DNA of 49,071 bases from Ferruginibacter sp. (GCA_031360055.1 JANMAV010000024.1:1-49071), one strand, 5' to 3'. Positions 1-12,200 are shown, counted from the stretch's first letter. Numbers and translations are program-made. Notes: generated by a model not told the origin, from the sequence alone.

Positions 1-195
1 CTTACATGGGTGCCTCCCCCTTAAGTATTGGGTGTAGGCAAGATTGTGCTTTTTTGTTACTTTTTTGCATAAATAAAAAAGTAAAGCGTACTATTTATAT
101 ATAGCTAAAAATAAACTTAAACAGCCTTAAACCATAAAATATGGCACATTAAATAAGTATTAAATGGTAATTTTTAGTACTAAAAATTTAAATCA

Positions 196-203
196 TACCT
201 TTG
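196..203 (+). promoter_or_regulatory. Bacteroidota sigma-70 -7 element (TACCTTTG) upstream of DEAD-box helicase gene
   Basis: Exact TAnnTTTG match about 235 nt upstream of the GTG start at 439. Confidence 0.5.
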
Positions 204-438
204 TAAAAGTTCATTTTATAGCGGCATTAAAAGCCAGGATATTTATTGTAGATTTTATTTTAATAAAATAGCATCAAAAATGCTATTTTGTAAAATACCA
301 ACAACTGCTTGGTATTACACACATCCCCAATAAAATGCTTTACCGAACAAAAGCATTCTCCATTTTTTTAGTGATGAGATTTACACTCATTTCCGCAATC
401 ATTTAACCAGCTTATTAGCGGTTATAAAACATATTACT

Positions 439-1746
439 GTGTTATTTACAGATTTAAATTTAATTAAGCCCATATTAGAGGCGCTTAAAACAGAGGGTTA
501 TACAAGCCCAACACCCATACAACAAGGAGCAATACCTTATATTTTAGAGGGAAAAGATTTGTTAGGCTGTGCCCAAACGGGTACTGGTAAAACTGCAGCT
601 TTTGCAATACCTATGCTTCAATTATTGGCAAAACCAACTAGTATGCAAAGCGCCGGCCCTAGGCCTATTAGGGCTCTTATACTTACACCAACAAGAGAGT
701 TGGCTATACAAATACAAGAAAGCTTTAATGCATACGGAGCCAATTTACGCTTACGCAATTTGGTTATTTTTGGTGGCGTAAACCAAGGGCCACAGGTTTC
801 TGAACTAAAAAGAGGAATAGATGTGCTTGTGGCAACGCCTGGCAGACTGCTTGACCTAATGAGCCAAGGTTTTATAAATTTACGTGAAGTGGAAATTTTT
901 GTACTGGATGAGGCTGATCGAATGTTGGATATGGGTTTTGTACACGACGTAAAAAGAGTAATTACAAAATTACCAGCAAAAAGACAAACCTTGTTTTTTT
1001 CTGCCACCATGCCAAAAGAAATACAGGCCTTAGCCAATAGCATACTCACCAATCCTGAAAAGGTAGAGGTTACCCCAGTATCCTCAACAGCTGAAACTAT
1101 TACCCAACATTTATATTACGTTGAAAAGGAAAATAAAAAATCATTATTAGCCTTCATTTTAGCTGACAAAACAATTGAAACTGCCTTAGTATTTACCCGT
1201 ACAAAACATGGGGCAGATAAGGTTGTGAAGGATCTTGAAAGATTAGGCATAAAAGCAGAAGCCATTCACGGTAACAAATCTCAAAATGCCAGACAAAGAG
1301 CGTTAAGTAATTTTAAAAATAGAACTACTAGAATTTTAGTAGCAACAGATATTGCTGCTAGGGGTATTGATGTGGATGATTTAACACATGTAATTAACTA
1401 TGAACTGCCAGATGTTGCTGAAACCTATGTACATAGAATTGGTAGAACAGGAAGAGCTGGTGCAAGTGGAATATCATTTTCTTTCTGTGAAGCTGAAGAA
1501 ACAGAATGTTTAAGAGATATACAAAAGCTTATTGGAAAACAAATTCCTGTACAACAAAACCATCCATACCATATTACTTTTAATGGAATTATGGGTAGGC
1601 CAAAACAACAAGCTAGGCCACAAAGAGGGCAAGGTGCAGGGGGCAATAGGCAACAAAACGGCCAAGCCAATAAGCCTTATCCACAACAAAAAGCAAAAAC
1701 TTTTAAGCCAAAAGAACTTAATAAAAATTATGGCAGAAGTAAGTAA
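439..1746 (+). CDS. rhlE: DEAD-box ATP-dependent RNA helicase (RhlE-like)
   Basis: Q motif (GYTSPTPIQ), AQTGTGKT, PTRELA, TPGRL, DEAD, SAT, ARGID and HRIGRTGR; basic Q/G/R-rich tail; GTG start. Confidence 0.92.
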   Translation: MLFTDLNLIKPILEALKTEGYTSPTPIQQGAIPYILEGKDLLGCAQTGTGKTAAFAIPMLQLLAKPTSMQSAGPRPIRALILTPTRELAIQIQESFNAYGANLRLRNLVIFGGVNQGPQVSELKRGIDVLVATPGRLLDLMSQGFINLREVEIFVLDEADRMLDMGFVHDVKRVITKLPAKRQTLFFSATMPKEIQALANSILTNPEKVEVTPVSSTAETITQHLYYVEKENKKSLLAFILADKTIETALVFTRTKHGADKVVKDLERLGIKAEAIHGNKSQNARQRALSNFKNRTTRILVATDIAARGIDVDDLTHVINYELPDVAETYVHRIGRTGRAGASGISFSFCEAEETECLRDIQKLIGKQIPVQQNHPYHITFNGIMGRPKQQARPQRGQGAGGNRQQNGQANKPYPQQKAKTFKPKELNKNYGRSK

Positions 1747-1764
1747 ACTATAAAAAAAATTTGT

Positions 1765-1802
1765 AAAACTCGTTTAGCCTTTGTAGGTTAACGAGTTTTT
1801 TT
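1765..1802 (+). terminator. Intrinsic terminator after helicase
   Basis: AAAACTCGTT...AACGAGTTTT stem followed by a T-run. Confidence 0.8.
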
Positions 1803-2065
1803 ATTTGTCAAATCTAAAATTCTTTTAAACTTTTGAAAATATTTTTTGAAAAAAGGGTATTTAATATTAATTATTTAAGTAGCTGAAATAAACCAAATGT
1901 GGAAAACTTTTTAAATAATGTTTAAAGTAATATGTAATTGAGTTAACATATATAAAATAATATACAGCAGTACTTACCACTCATCATTTTTTGGTATTAA
2001 TTTTTTGAATAATATTTTGCCCCCATTATACAGCAAATACATTAGTATTCAAAAACTTAAGGTAT

Positions 2066-2073
2066 TAAATTTG
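2066..2073 (+). promoter_or_regulatory. -7 promoter element (TAAATTTG) for M36 peptidase gene
   Basis: TAnnTTTG match 35 nt before ATG 2109. Confidence 0.55.
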
Positions 2074-2108
2074 CGTTAATATTAATCTAAATTAAAAACA
2101 CACCAAAA

Positions 2109-5100
2109 ATGAAAACAACACTACACAAAATGTTTTTGTGTGCAATTGTGCTCTTGTGCACAATAACACAAAGCACTTATGCACAATTTGCAGATGCAAA
2201 AAAAATAGTGCAGCAGTATCTAACAACAAAAGCAAACGATAAGCTTGACCAACAAACCATTGAAAGCATTAATGTAACTAGAGACTATGTTGATGTAACA
2301 ACTGGTATTAGGCATATTTATGCAAACCAACAAGTAAACGGTTTAACCTTAAATGAATCTGTTTATGGCTTACACCTTACTAGCAGCCAAATGTTTGACG
2401 CAAATAATTTGATACCGCTTAGCAAGGTTAGCATTTTACCATTAAGCGTTAATATTACTGCTAACACTGCCGTGCAAACAGTTTTTAGTGCTATAAATTA
2501 TACTGAGCCAAGAGCAGTAAATGTAAAGCAAACGGCAATTGGAACAGAGCAAAAAATGATTTTTAGTCGTAATGATTCTAAAATTTGGGACATACCAGTT
2601 AGGCTTGTGTATTTTGAAAACATAAAAACAAGAACACTTACCCCAACCTGGGAGGTGCAAATGATGGATGTTTATAAAAAATTCTATTGGCAAGCATTTG
2701 TAGATGCTAATACAGGTGTTTTATTGCAAAAGAGAGATTTAATAACACATTGTGATTTTGGTTCACCAGCAGAAACGGATCAAGATTTAGATAACCCAAC
2801 AGCAACAAGAAATTATGCTGCATCAGCAACAACACAAACAAATGAAACTTGGCATGCCCCAATGGTTTCTGAAAATACAGCAACTAGCCCCACAGCTATT
2901 TTAGCAAGTCAATATAGAGTGATTGACCAACCAGCAGAAAGCCCACAAGATACTGATGGCCCAAATGGCCAAGGTGCTCATGCCATAAAGACTACACCAG
3001 CTACAGTAATAGCCTCTCCTGATGGTTGGCATAGAGTTGCAAATGCTACCACATATCAATACACAAGAGGTAATAACGTATGGGCATTTCAAGATCCTAG
3101 CCCAGGGCCATTAGGGGGTGTACCAAGTGCTGATCCTAGCCGTACTGCATATAACAACGGTGGTTTAATGGGAGCACCAGTAGCTTTAGAGCCGTATTTA
3201 TTTGATTACCCTATCAACTTAACAAACCAACCAGAAACTTATCGTAATGCAGCAATAGTTAATTTATTTTATTGGAATAACTTGGTGCATGATGTGTATT
3301 ACAATTTCGGGTTTGATGAAGTTGGAGGAAATTTTGAAAATTCTCACGTATTTAGTTCAGGTTTAAAAGGAACAGCAACAGATAATAGTGGCGATGATGT
3401 ATTAGCACAAGCACAAGATGGTGGTGGTACAAACAATGCAAACTTCTTAACACAAGCCGATGGTGTAGGTGGACAAATGCAAATGTACTTATGGACAGGT
3501 TCATTGCCTGACAGTATCGTAAAAATTGACATGTCGAGTACAGGTACGCCGCCAAACCTTAAAAGATTTTTTGCTATACAAGGATCATTTGCTGGCCCAG
3601 CACAAACTGATTTATTTACAGCGCCAGTTTTAAACAAGCCTTTTATAATTGTAGAAAAAAATATGCTATCTACAATGGGTAGTAGCAGTGAAGGTTGTAC
3701 AGCAGCACAAATGAGTGTAGCATTACCACCAAACAACAATGTAGTTGGTAAAATTGTATTAATTGATAGAGGAAGCTGTTCATTTGTAGAAAAAGTATTG
3801 GGTGCCCAAAATGGTGGGGCAGCAGGTGTAATAGTAATAAATAATACCCCTGGCGAACCAATTGCTATGGGTGGTGCAGATGCACCGGGTAACGCTATAA
3901 CAATACCATCTGTAATGGTAGCACAAAATGTTGGTGCACAATTAAAAGCAGTATTACTTGGCGGTGGTACAATTACAGGGTCTTTACAAAGAAAGTTTGC
4001 TGTGGTTGCAAAACGTGATGGAGATTTAGATAATGGAGTAATTGCACATGAATATGGGCATGGTATATCTAGCAGGTTAACAGGTGGGCCTGATGGAGGT
4101 GCTTTAAGTGGTGGTGAGCAAGGTGGCGAAGGTTGGAGCGATTTCACAGCTTTATATATGACCCTACGTACAAATGATTTAACAGCTGCAACAGCATTAC
4201 ACCCTAATGGAGTATTGCCTTTACGTAGTATTGGAAATTATGTTACGTATCAAGTACAAACGGGTAGAGGTATTAGGCCAAGACCATATTCTATTGATAT
4301 GGGTATAAATGAATTAACCTTTCAAAATATAAACGATGGTGGCGAAATTAGTGTACCACATGGTGTAGGTTCAATATGGTGTACTATGCTGTATGAAGTG
4401 TTGCAAGAAATGATAGATAAGTATGGGTTTAAAAACGATATGTATCAAGCAGCAAACCCTATACCAAGTGCTGGAGTTAATGGTATGGTGGATACTACCA
4501 CTTCAGGCGGTAATAATGTGGCTATGAGATTAATTATTGAGGGTATGAAAATTCAACCTAGTAGCCCAACATTTGTACAAATGAGAGATGCTATTTTAAA
4601 AGCGGATACTTTATTGTATGGCGGTAGAAATATTTGTGAGTTGTGGAGGGCATTTGCAAAAAGAGGTTTAGGTTTATCTGCGGTATCTGGAACAAATGCA
4701 GTTAACGACGAAATGGAAGCGTACAATGTGCCTTTAATTTGTAAGCCAGATCAAAGAGCATTGAGAATTACAAAAACAGGTCCAACAATTATACAGAATG
4801 GCAATACAGTATCTTATACAATTACAGTATCTAATAAATATGCAACAACAGCAACTGGTGTAACTTTGAGAGACACCTTACCAACTACAATGACGTTAGT
4901 AAGTGCAAACCCTGCACCTACAACCGTAAATGGTAATAATTTAGAGTGGGCTTTTAATATTGCAGGAAATAGTACACAAACCTTTACTGTAAACGTGAGT
5001 GTAACAACACCAACAGCATCTACAAAAACTTTTTCTGAAGATAACGAAGGTGCAACAACGTTTTTTACACCAACAACCACAGGTATGGCTGGTCAAGGCC

Positions 5101-6236
5101 CATGGGTACGTACCACAAATGCTGCCAATGCTAACAGCGGTACAAAATATTGGTATTCAGAAAATATTGATTTAGGAGGGCAAGAATCATTTCTAACTAC
5201 AACAAACCCAATAGCTATACCAGTGGGTGCAAACTTAGTATTTATACACAAATTTGCTACTGAAGCTGCTTATGATGGAGGTGTTGTAGAGGTATCTACA
5301 GATAATGGCGTTACTTGGGTGTATTTACCAGGAGCTAAGTTTTCTGCAGGAGCTTATAATGGAATAATACCTACTGCAAATAACCCAAATATTGGAGCAG
5401 CTAATCTAGCAGCTTTCTCGGGTGCTTCCCCTGGTTATATAACGTCAATAGCATCGTTAGACAACTATGCTAACATGAATTTAAAAATTCGTTTCCGTAT
5501 GGTATCAGATGCTACAGGTGGATCAGTGGATGGTTGGTATATTGATGATGTGTTGATACTATCTAACGTGGTAACGGCAACCAACAAAGCAACTGTAAGG
5601 GGTATAGATGGAGAACCAATATACGAAACAGAAGGAACAAACGCTTTTGCAAGAACTAGTGCATTTGTAATTCAAACTACGGTTTTACCAGTTGGCTTAG
5701 GCAACTTATTTGCTAGCTTAAATAATGGTGAAGTTTCATTAAAGTGGAGCAATCAAAATGATCAAGCAGCTAAAAAGTATATTGTTGAAAGAAAGGGCAC
5801 TAGCGATGCTGACTTTGTAGCAATTGGCAGTGTAGATGCAAGAGCATTACAAGGTAACCAAGCGTATAATTTTATAGATAAAGATTTAATTACAAGCAAC
5901 CAATTTACATACCGTATAAAAGTTGAAAACAGCAATGCAAGTATATTGTATACCAATGCTGCATCTATTAAATTAAACAATAAAGATTTTAATGTAACGG
6001 TATATCCAAACCCAGCTAAAAACGTAGCAAACATTAATATAAAAAATGCAAACGGAGGAACCGTAACGTATAAAATATTTGATGTAATGGGTAAAAGAAT
6101 AGGAACATTTAACGCTGGCAAAGGCACAAGCATAAATATTGCAATGCCTGTTAATACACTAAGTGCAGGCACTTATTTTGTAGAAATTTATAATGGAGAA
6201 AATACAGCTATCACACAAATGGTGGTAACAAAATAA
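2109..6236 (+). CDS. Fungalysin (M36) metallopeptidase with propeptide, inserted PA domain, DUF11-like domain and T9SS C-terminal sorting domain
   Basis: Signal peptide; NLFYWNN..HD and NNANF; HEYGH zinc motif plus EGWSD; PA-domain signature IVLIDRGSCSFVEKVLGAQNGGAAGVIVINN; W.AFAKRGLG; C-terminal YPNP...GTYFV. Confidence 0.9.
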   Translation: MKTTLHKMFLCAIVLLCTITQSTYAQFADAKKIVQQYLTTKANDKLDQQTIESINVTRDYVDVTTGIRHIYANQQVNGLTLNESVYGLHLTSSQMFDANNLIPLSKVSILPLSVNITANTAVQTVFSAINYTEPRAVNVKQTAIGTEQKMIFSRNDSKIWDIPVRLVYFENIKTRTLTPTWEVQMMDVYKKFYWQAFVDANTGVLLQKRDLITHCDFGSPAETDQDLDNPTATRNYAASATTQTNETWHAPMVSENTATSPTAILASQYRVIDQPAESPQDTDGPNGQGAHAIKTTPATVIASPDGWHRVANATTYQYTRGNNVWAFQDPSPGPLGGVPSADPSRTAYNNGGLMGAPVALEPYLFDYPINLTNQPETYRNAAIVNLFYWNNLVHDVYYNFGFDEVGGNFENSHVFSSGLKGTATDNSGDDVLAQAQDGGGTNNANFLTQADGVGGQMQMYLWTGSLPDSIVKIDMSSTGTPPNLKRFFAIQGSFAGPAQTDLFTAPVLNKPFIIVEKNMLSTMGSSSEGCTAAQMSVALPPNNNVVGKIVLIDRGSCSFVEKVLGAQNGGAAGVIVINNTPGEPIAMGGADAPGNAITIPSVMVAQNVGAQLKAVLLGGGTITGSLQRKFAVVAKRDGDLDNGVIAHEYGHGISSRLTGGPDGGALSGGEQGGEGWSDFTALYMTLRTNDLTAATALHPNGVLPLRSIGNYVTYQVQTGRGIRPRPYSIDMGINELTFQNINDGGEISVPHGVGSIWCTMLYEVLQEMIDKYGFKNDMYQAANPIPSAGVNGMVDTTTSGGNNVAMRLIIEGMKIQPSSPTFVQMRDAILKADTLLYGGRNICELWRAFAKRGLGLSAVSGTNAVNDEMEAYNVPLICKPDQRALRITKTGPTIIQNGNTVSYTITVSNKYATTATGVTLRDTLPTTMTLVSANPAPTTVNGNNLEWAFNIAGNSTQTFTVNVSVTTPTASTKTFSEDNEGATTFFTPTTTGMAGQGPWVRTTNAANANSGTKYWYSENIDLGGQESFLTTTNPIAIPVGANLVFIHKFATEAAYDGGVVEVSTDNGVTWVYLPGAKFSAGAYNGIIPTANNPNIGAANLAAFSGASPGYITSIASLDNYANMNLKIRFRMVSDATGGSVDGWYIDDVLILSNVVTATNKATVRGIDGEPIYETEGTNAFARTSAFVIQTTVLPVGLGNLFASLNNGEVSLKWSNQNDQAAKKYIVERKGTSDADFVAIGSVDARALQGNQAYNFIDKDLITSNQFTYRIKVENSNASILYTNAASIKLNNKDFNVTVYPNPAKNVANINIKNANGGTVTYKIFDVMGKRIGTFNAGKGTSINIAMPVNTLSAGTYFVEIYNGENTAITQMVVTK

Positions 6237-6254
6237 GCTTCATAAATAACTATC

Positions 6255-6286
6255 AAAAAGCCGCCTAAAAATTAGGCGGCTTTTTT
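6255..6286 (+). terminator. Intrinsic terminator
   Basis: AAAAAGCCGCCT-loop-AGGCGGCTTTTTT. Confidence 0.85.
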
Positions 6287-6321
6287 GTTTTTTAAAACTT
6301 AAATATATTTGATAAAAAAAA

Positions 6322-7206
6322 ATGATTCCATACAATCAAAAAAATCCCTTTAGTTACATTTTTACTTTTCATAAAGCCGATACGTTTAGAAAACTACTAC
6401 CATTTTTTATATTGTATGTATTGTATACCTGGGCTGTTGCATATTTTTGTTTATCATATCAAAAAATATCGCCAGAGAGCTATGTTACCAATATAGATGT
6501 AATGCATAGTTTATTAGGTGTAGCCATATCTGTATTGTTGGTATTTAGAACCAATACAGCCTATGATAGGTGGTGGGAGGGAAGAAAATTATGGGGAAGC
6601 TTGGTAAATAATAGCAGAAACTTAGCCACTAAACTTTGTGTATTACTGCCCGAAGAAGATAAGGAAAATAGAGAGTTTTTTAAAAAAACATTAATAGCAT
6701 ATCCCTTTGCTTTGCATGATCATTTAAACAAAGAAAATACCAGAACAGAACTGTTTTTAAAGCCAGAACATAAGCAAGTATTGCAACATGTAGATGTAGA
6801 TAAACACATACCCAACCAATTGATAAAGCTATTGATGCAAAGGGTAATGGAATTGTTAAATAAAGGAATTATTACAGGAGAGCAATTGCTATTTATAAAT
6901 GCAGAAATACAATCATACACAGATATTTGTGGAGCATGTGAAAGAATTAAAAATTCACCCATACCATTTTCATACAGCGTATTTATTAAAAAGTTTATTT
7001 TTATTTATGTAATTACATTACCTTTTGGATACGTATTTAATTTAGGTTATTGGGTAATACTGGTAGCTTCATTTATATTTTATGTGCAAGTAAGTATGGA
7101 GCTTATTGCCGAAGAAATTGAAGACCCTTTTGGTGGAGATCAAAATGATGTGCCTACAGATTTAATATCGAAAAGCATACAAAAAAACATTCAAGAAATT
7201 TTATAA
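6322..7206 (+). CDS. Bestrophin-family (YneE-like) membrane channel
   Basis: [34 protein letters not shown] and EIEDPFG motifs; hydrophobic helices. Confidence 0.9.
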   Translation: MIPYNQKNPFSYIFTFHKADTFRKLLPFFILYVLYTWAVAYFCLSYQKISPESYVTNIDVMHSLLGVAISVLLVFRTNTAYDRWWEGRKLWGSLVNNSRNLATKLCVLLPEEDKENREFFKKTLIAYPFALHDHLNKENTRTELFLKPEHKQVLQHVDVDKHIPNQLIKLLMQRVMELLNKGIITGEQLLFINAEIQSYTDICGACERIKNSPIPFSYSVFIKKFIFIYVITLPFGYVFNLGYWVILVASFIFYVQVSMELIAEEIEDPFGGDQNDVPTDLISKSIQKNIQEIL

Positions 7207-7216
7207 CAATTACAAA

Positions 7217-7582
7217 ATGAATTTAAATAAACTTACCCCCGAAGAACAATATGTAATACTACAAAAAGGAACAGAAAGGCCCTTTGTAGGAGAACTAACC
7301 AATAATAAAAAACTAGGCATGTATATATGCAGGCAATGTGATGCTCCACTTTACTCATCAAAAGATAAATTTGATAGCCACTGTGGTTGGCCAAGTTTTG
7401 ATGATGAAATTGAAGGAGCTGTAAAAAGGATTGCAGATGCTGATGGCAGAAGAGTAGAAATAGTGTGTAATAATTGTGGTGGCCACTTAGGGCATGTTTT
7501 TTCTGGCGAACAATTTACAGCTAAAAACACAAGGCATTGTGTAAACTCAATATCAATGAAGTTTGTAGAAGATAAACAATAA
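7217..7582 (+). CDS. msrB: Peptide-methionine (R)-S-oxide reductase MsrB
   Basis: GTERPF, CxxC, GWPSF, GHLGHVF and RHCVNS. Confidence 0.95.
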   Translation: MNLNKLTPEEQYVILQKGTERPFVGELTNNKKLGMYICRQCDAPLYSSKDKFDSHCGWPSFDDEIEGAVKRIADADGRRVEIVCNNCGGHLGHVFSGEQFTAKNTRHCVNSISMKFVEDKQ

Positions 7583-7655
7583 AACTATATTTTTTAAAAA
7601 TTGGTAGCGTTGAATGTTTTAAAAATCAATTTCAACAACCTGTGAATAAAACAAC

Positions 7656-8969
7656 ATGCTAAAACAATTATTTTCAATAGCTATAAGTTGCGTTTTAATA
7701 AACGCATGTTCATCACCTACACAAACTGGTAAAGCAGTATTGGTGCAGCCCAATCCTTACCAAACCGATAGCTTACCTGCACCTTACTCCACAAAATCAA
7801 CCCAAAATTTTAGTAAGGTAATTGGTTGGGCAGAAGGCGAAATGCCTGTAGCACCCAAAGGGTTTACTGTGTCATTATTTGCAAAAAATTTAGATAACCC
7901 CCGCTGGATATATGCAGCACCTAATGGTGATATTTTTGTGGCAGAAAGCAATACTATTTTAAAAGGGATAAAGAAATTTGGTGCCAGCATATCTAGAAAA
8001 ATAAAAACACAAAACCTCGGAGAGAGTAGTAATAAAATAAAATTGTTTAGAGATAAAGACAAAGATGGCAGCTATGAAACCGTATCTGTTTTTGCTGAAA
8101 ATTTAACCCAGCCACTAGGAATGTTGATTTTGAATAATCATTTTTATGTAGCCAATACTGATGGGTTAGAAATGTATGCTTACAAAATTGGAGACACCCT
8201 GTTGCCAACTGAAGGCAAAAGAATTGTGGCGCTACCTGCAGGTGGCTACAACAACCACTGGACAAGGAATATTATTGCAAACGCTGATGGATCAAAAATT
8301 TTTATTACTGTAGGATCAGGAAGTAATAATGGCGAAAATGGAATGGAAAACGAAATACGTAGGGCAAATATTTTAGAAATAAACCCTGATGGTACTGGAG
8401 AGAAAATATACGCTAGCGGTTTAAGAAACCCTGTAGGCATGGGCTTGGAGCCTTTAACTAAAACTTTATGGACGGCCGTAAATGAAAGAGATGAATTAGG
8501 AGATGAGCTTGTACCTGATTATACAACAAGTGTACAAAGAGGTGCATTTTATGGTTGGCCGTATGCTTACTTTGGCAAAAACCCTGACCCTAGAATGGTA
8601 AAAGACCCCCATACCGATTTGGTAAATAAAACATTAGTACCTGATGTAAGTTTAGGAGCACATACTGCATCGCTTGGGTTGGCATTTTATACAAAAAATG
8701 CATTCCCACAAAAATACCAAGGCGGCATGTTCATTGGCCAACATGGCTCTTGGAACAAAACACAATTTGCTGGCTACAAAGTAGTTTTTATTCCATTTGC
8801 AAATGGAAAGCCATCGGGCAAGCCAGAAGACTTTTTAACTGGCTTTATTGCCAACCAAGATGAAGATGAAGTGCATGGCAGGCCTGTTGGCGTTACCATA
8901 TTAAATGATGGTAGTATGTTAGTTGCTGATGATGCCTCAAAAAGAATTTGGCAGGTAAGGGCAAACTAA
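7656..8969 (+). CDS. Glucose/sorbosone dehydrogenase-family beta-propeller lipoprotein
   Basis: Lipobox INAC; GYNNHWTR, GLRNPVG, VNERDELG..LVPDY, YGWPY, HGSWN and GRPVGV motifs. Confidence 0.85.
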   Translation: MLKQLFSIAISCVLINACSSPTQTGKAVLVQPNPYQTDSLPAPYSTKSTQNFSKVIGWAEGEMPVAPKGFTVSLFAKNLDNPRWIYAAPNGDIFVAESNTILKGIKKFGASISRKIKTQNLGESSNKIKLFRDKDKDGSYETVSVFAENLTQPLGMLILNNHFYVANTDGLEMYAYKIGDTLLPTEGKRIVALPAGGYNNHWTRNIIANADGSKIFITVGSGSNNGENGMENEIRRANILEINPDGTGEKIYASGLRNPVGMGLEPLTKTLWTAVNERDELGDELVPDYTTSVQRGAFYGWPYAYFGKNPDPRMVKDPHTDLVNKTLVPDVSLGAHTASLGLAFYTKNAFPQKYQGGMFIGQHGSWNKTQFAGYKVVFIPFANGKPSGKPEDFLTGFIANQDEDEVHGRPVGVTILNDGSMLVADDASKRIWQVRAN

Positions 8970-9200
8970 ACAATTTAAAGCAACTTCTCATATTCGTTTT
9001 AATATATGCATTTTATAAAAAACTAATTTGCAGTTAAGAGAAAGGAAAACTAATTTTTTTGAATATTTGTAATAAAGTCATAATCTTTACAGCTATTTAT
9101 TTCAAAATAAATAGCTGTTCGTTTTTTGGTCACAGCTACCAACCTATTTTGCCAATAAAATATTTTGCCGATATTAATTTTTTAAAAATTTTTTACTATC

Positions 9201-12200
9201 ATGAAAAAAATTGTCTTACTAGTTTTTGCTATTATTTCCATAAAAATATCAATTGCACAAACTGTTGATTTATTTAAACAATTTAAGAATTTAAAACCTC
9301 GTAGCATAGGGCCGGCAGGTATGAGCGGCCGGGTAACAAGTATAGATGCTGTGAATACCAACCCCGATATTATTTACCTTGGCACAGCAAGCGGCGGTAT
9401 ATGGAAAACTGAAAATGCTGGTGCAAAATGGCAACCTGTTTTTGATGAGCAACCTATACAAAACATAGGTGCAGTGGCTATAACTCAAAGCAACCCGAGC
9501 ATAATATGGGCAGGCACAGGAGAGGGTAACCCACGAAATTCAATTAATATCGGAGAGGGCATTTATAAAAGTTTAGACGCCGGCAAAACCTGGAAGATGA
9601 TGGGTTTGCAAAAAACTAGAAATATACATCGTATCATCATCAACCCTAATAATCCAGATATTGTGTACGTGGGTGCAATAGGCAACCCGTTTGGTGCACA
9701 TGCTGAAAGAGGGGTGTATAAAACCATTGATGGTGGCGAAACCTGGAAACTTATTTTACACACAAACGATACTAGTGGTGTTGGAGATATGGTGATGGAC
9801 CCACACAACCCCAATAAATTATTTGTAAATATGTGGCAGCATGGTCGTACACCTTGGAGCTTTACTAGCGGTGGTAAAACAAGCGGTATTTATGTAACGT
9901 ATGATGCAGGTAACAACTTTAAAAAATTAGGAAAAGATGAAGGTTTGCCCGAAGGTAATTATGGCCGAGTGGGGTTAACAATAAGTCGTAGCCAACCAAG
10001 TAGAGTGTATGCATTGGTAGAAAGTAACAAAAATGGGCTGTATAAAAGTGATGATGGTGGAGCTAAATGGGAACTCATAAATAGTACAACCGAAGTGGTA
10101 AACAATAGGCCATTTTATTTTCAAGATATTGCTTGTGATCCTTTAAATGAAAACCGAGTTTACCTCATTTACCAAATGATAAGTTTGAGTGAAGATGGTG
10201 GTAAAAATTTTAAAACTATTATTCCCTATGCCGGCATACACCCTGATCATCATGCTTTTTACATAAATCCTGTAAATCCAAATTTTATAATTGATGGTAA
10301 TGATGGTGGTATAGGCATAAGCAGAGATAGAGGTAAAACATGGGTTTTTGATGAAAAATTACCGATTGGGCAATTTTACCATATTAATGTTGATAATAAA
10401 TTGCCATATAATGTAATGGGCGGCTTGCAGGATAATGGTAGCTGGCATGGCCCGGCATATACTTGGAAAAGGGGAGGTATAAAAAACGCCTATTGGCAAA
10501 GTACTGGTGGTGGCGATGGTTTTGATGTAATGCCCCACCCTGATAATGAAGATTGGGTATATAGCATGAGCCAAGGCGGCAGCTTAAACAGATACAATAT
10601 TGCTACAGGCGAAGAGTGGAGCATTAAGCCACCAAACCCATCAATAAAAATTCGCCAGCGTTTTAACTGGAATGCTGCCATAGCACAAGATCCATTTGAT
10701 AAAAATACCATTTACTACGGTAGCCAATTTGTAAATAAAAGTACCAACAGTGGTGCAGCTTGGGAGCAAATTTCAGATGATTTAACAACCGCCGATACCG
10801 CTAAAATAGATCAAAAAAACAATGGGGGAATAAGTATAGATATTACGGGTGCTGAAAACTATTGTACCATAATTGCCATTGAGCCAAGCACAAAACAACA
10901 AGGGGTAATTTGGGTAGGTACAGATGATGGCAATGTACAGTTAACAAAAGATGGTGGAAAAAGCTGGACCAACTTTAGAAGTAAAATTCCAGGTATGCCA
11001 GTGGGTGCTTGGGTGCCACAAATAAGAGCAAGCAAATACAATGCAGCCGAGGCTTTTGTAGTGTGCAATGATTATAGAAGAGCCGATTTTAAACCTTATA
11101 TTTTTCGTACAACAGACTATGGCAAAACATGGACAAAATTGGTAGATGAAAACAAAGTAAAAGGATATGCACTCTGTATGATACAAGACCCCGTAGAACC
11201 TAATTTAATTTTTGTAGGTACCGAGCAAGGGTTATGGATAAGTTTTGATAATGGCGATAATTTTCAACAATTTAAAAACGAATACCCATCAGTATCTACC
11301 TACGATTTAGCTATACAAGAAAGAGAGGCTGATTTAGTAATTGCAACATTTGGTAGGGCTTTATATATATTAGATAATATTAGGCCACTGCGAAAAATAG
11401 CCGCTAATAAAGGCAAATTATTTACACAAAAACTAACCGCCTTTAATGCCCCAATTGCTTACCAAGCTAAAATAAAAAACGCCTCGGGTATAGAATACAG
11501 TACATGGGGAAGCTACGAAGGTGAAAATAGAAAAACAGGAGCTCCTATATCTTTTTTTATAAACAAAATAGCTGCAGATACGGGTAAAAATAAATTAGCC
11601 GATACTGCAATTATAAAAATATATGATACAAATAATAATCAAATACGGCAACTTAGGGCAAAGGTAGATAGTAGCAGCGGCTACAATACAGTATTTTGGG
11701 GGTTAGATAGCAAAGGCCTACGCCAACCAAAAAATGGAAGAGCGGATACAGCATTAGTTACTGAGCCAAGTGGCTTGCCTGTAAACCCAGGGCAATATAA
11801 AGTAGTGATTACATTGGGCAAAAACTTTACTGATAGTACTTATATAACTGTAAAAGACGACCCCAACTCACCTACTGATCTATTTATTAGAGATGCCAAG
11901 CAAAAATATATTACACAAATTGATAAGAGTAGTGTAAAATTAATTGAGCTTACCGAAAGACTAAACGATGCCGAAGAGGTTATAAAAAAAGTAGAAAGCA
12001 GTTTTGTGTATTTAGATAAAAAAGATGCTGATACGTTGCGTAAGCAATCTAAAATAATGAAAGATTCATTAAAGAGCATTAGAGAAATAATGGATGGTAA
12101 AAAGCAAGAAAAGCAAGGTTATGGCCAAGTGCCGCAAGTAACAGTGAGTGGAACATTGCAAGAAGCAAGAGGAAATGTTTTGCGAAAAAATAGTATGCCA

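Noticed and set aside
9059-9268. 69-aa ORF overlapping the BNR gene start
   Set aside because: TTG start in an AT-rich promoter region, with an out-of-frame overlap with a clear signal-peptide ORF.
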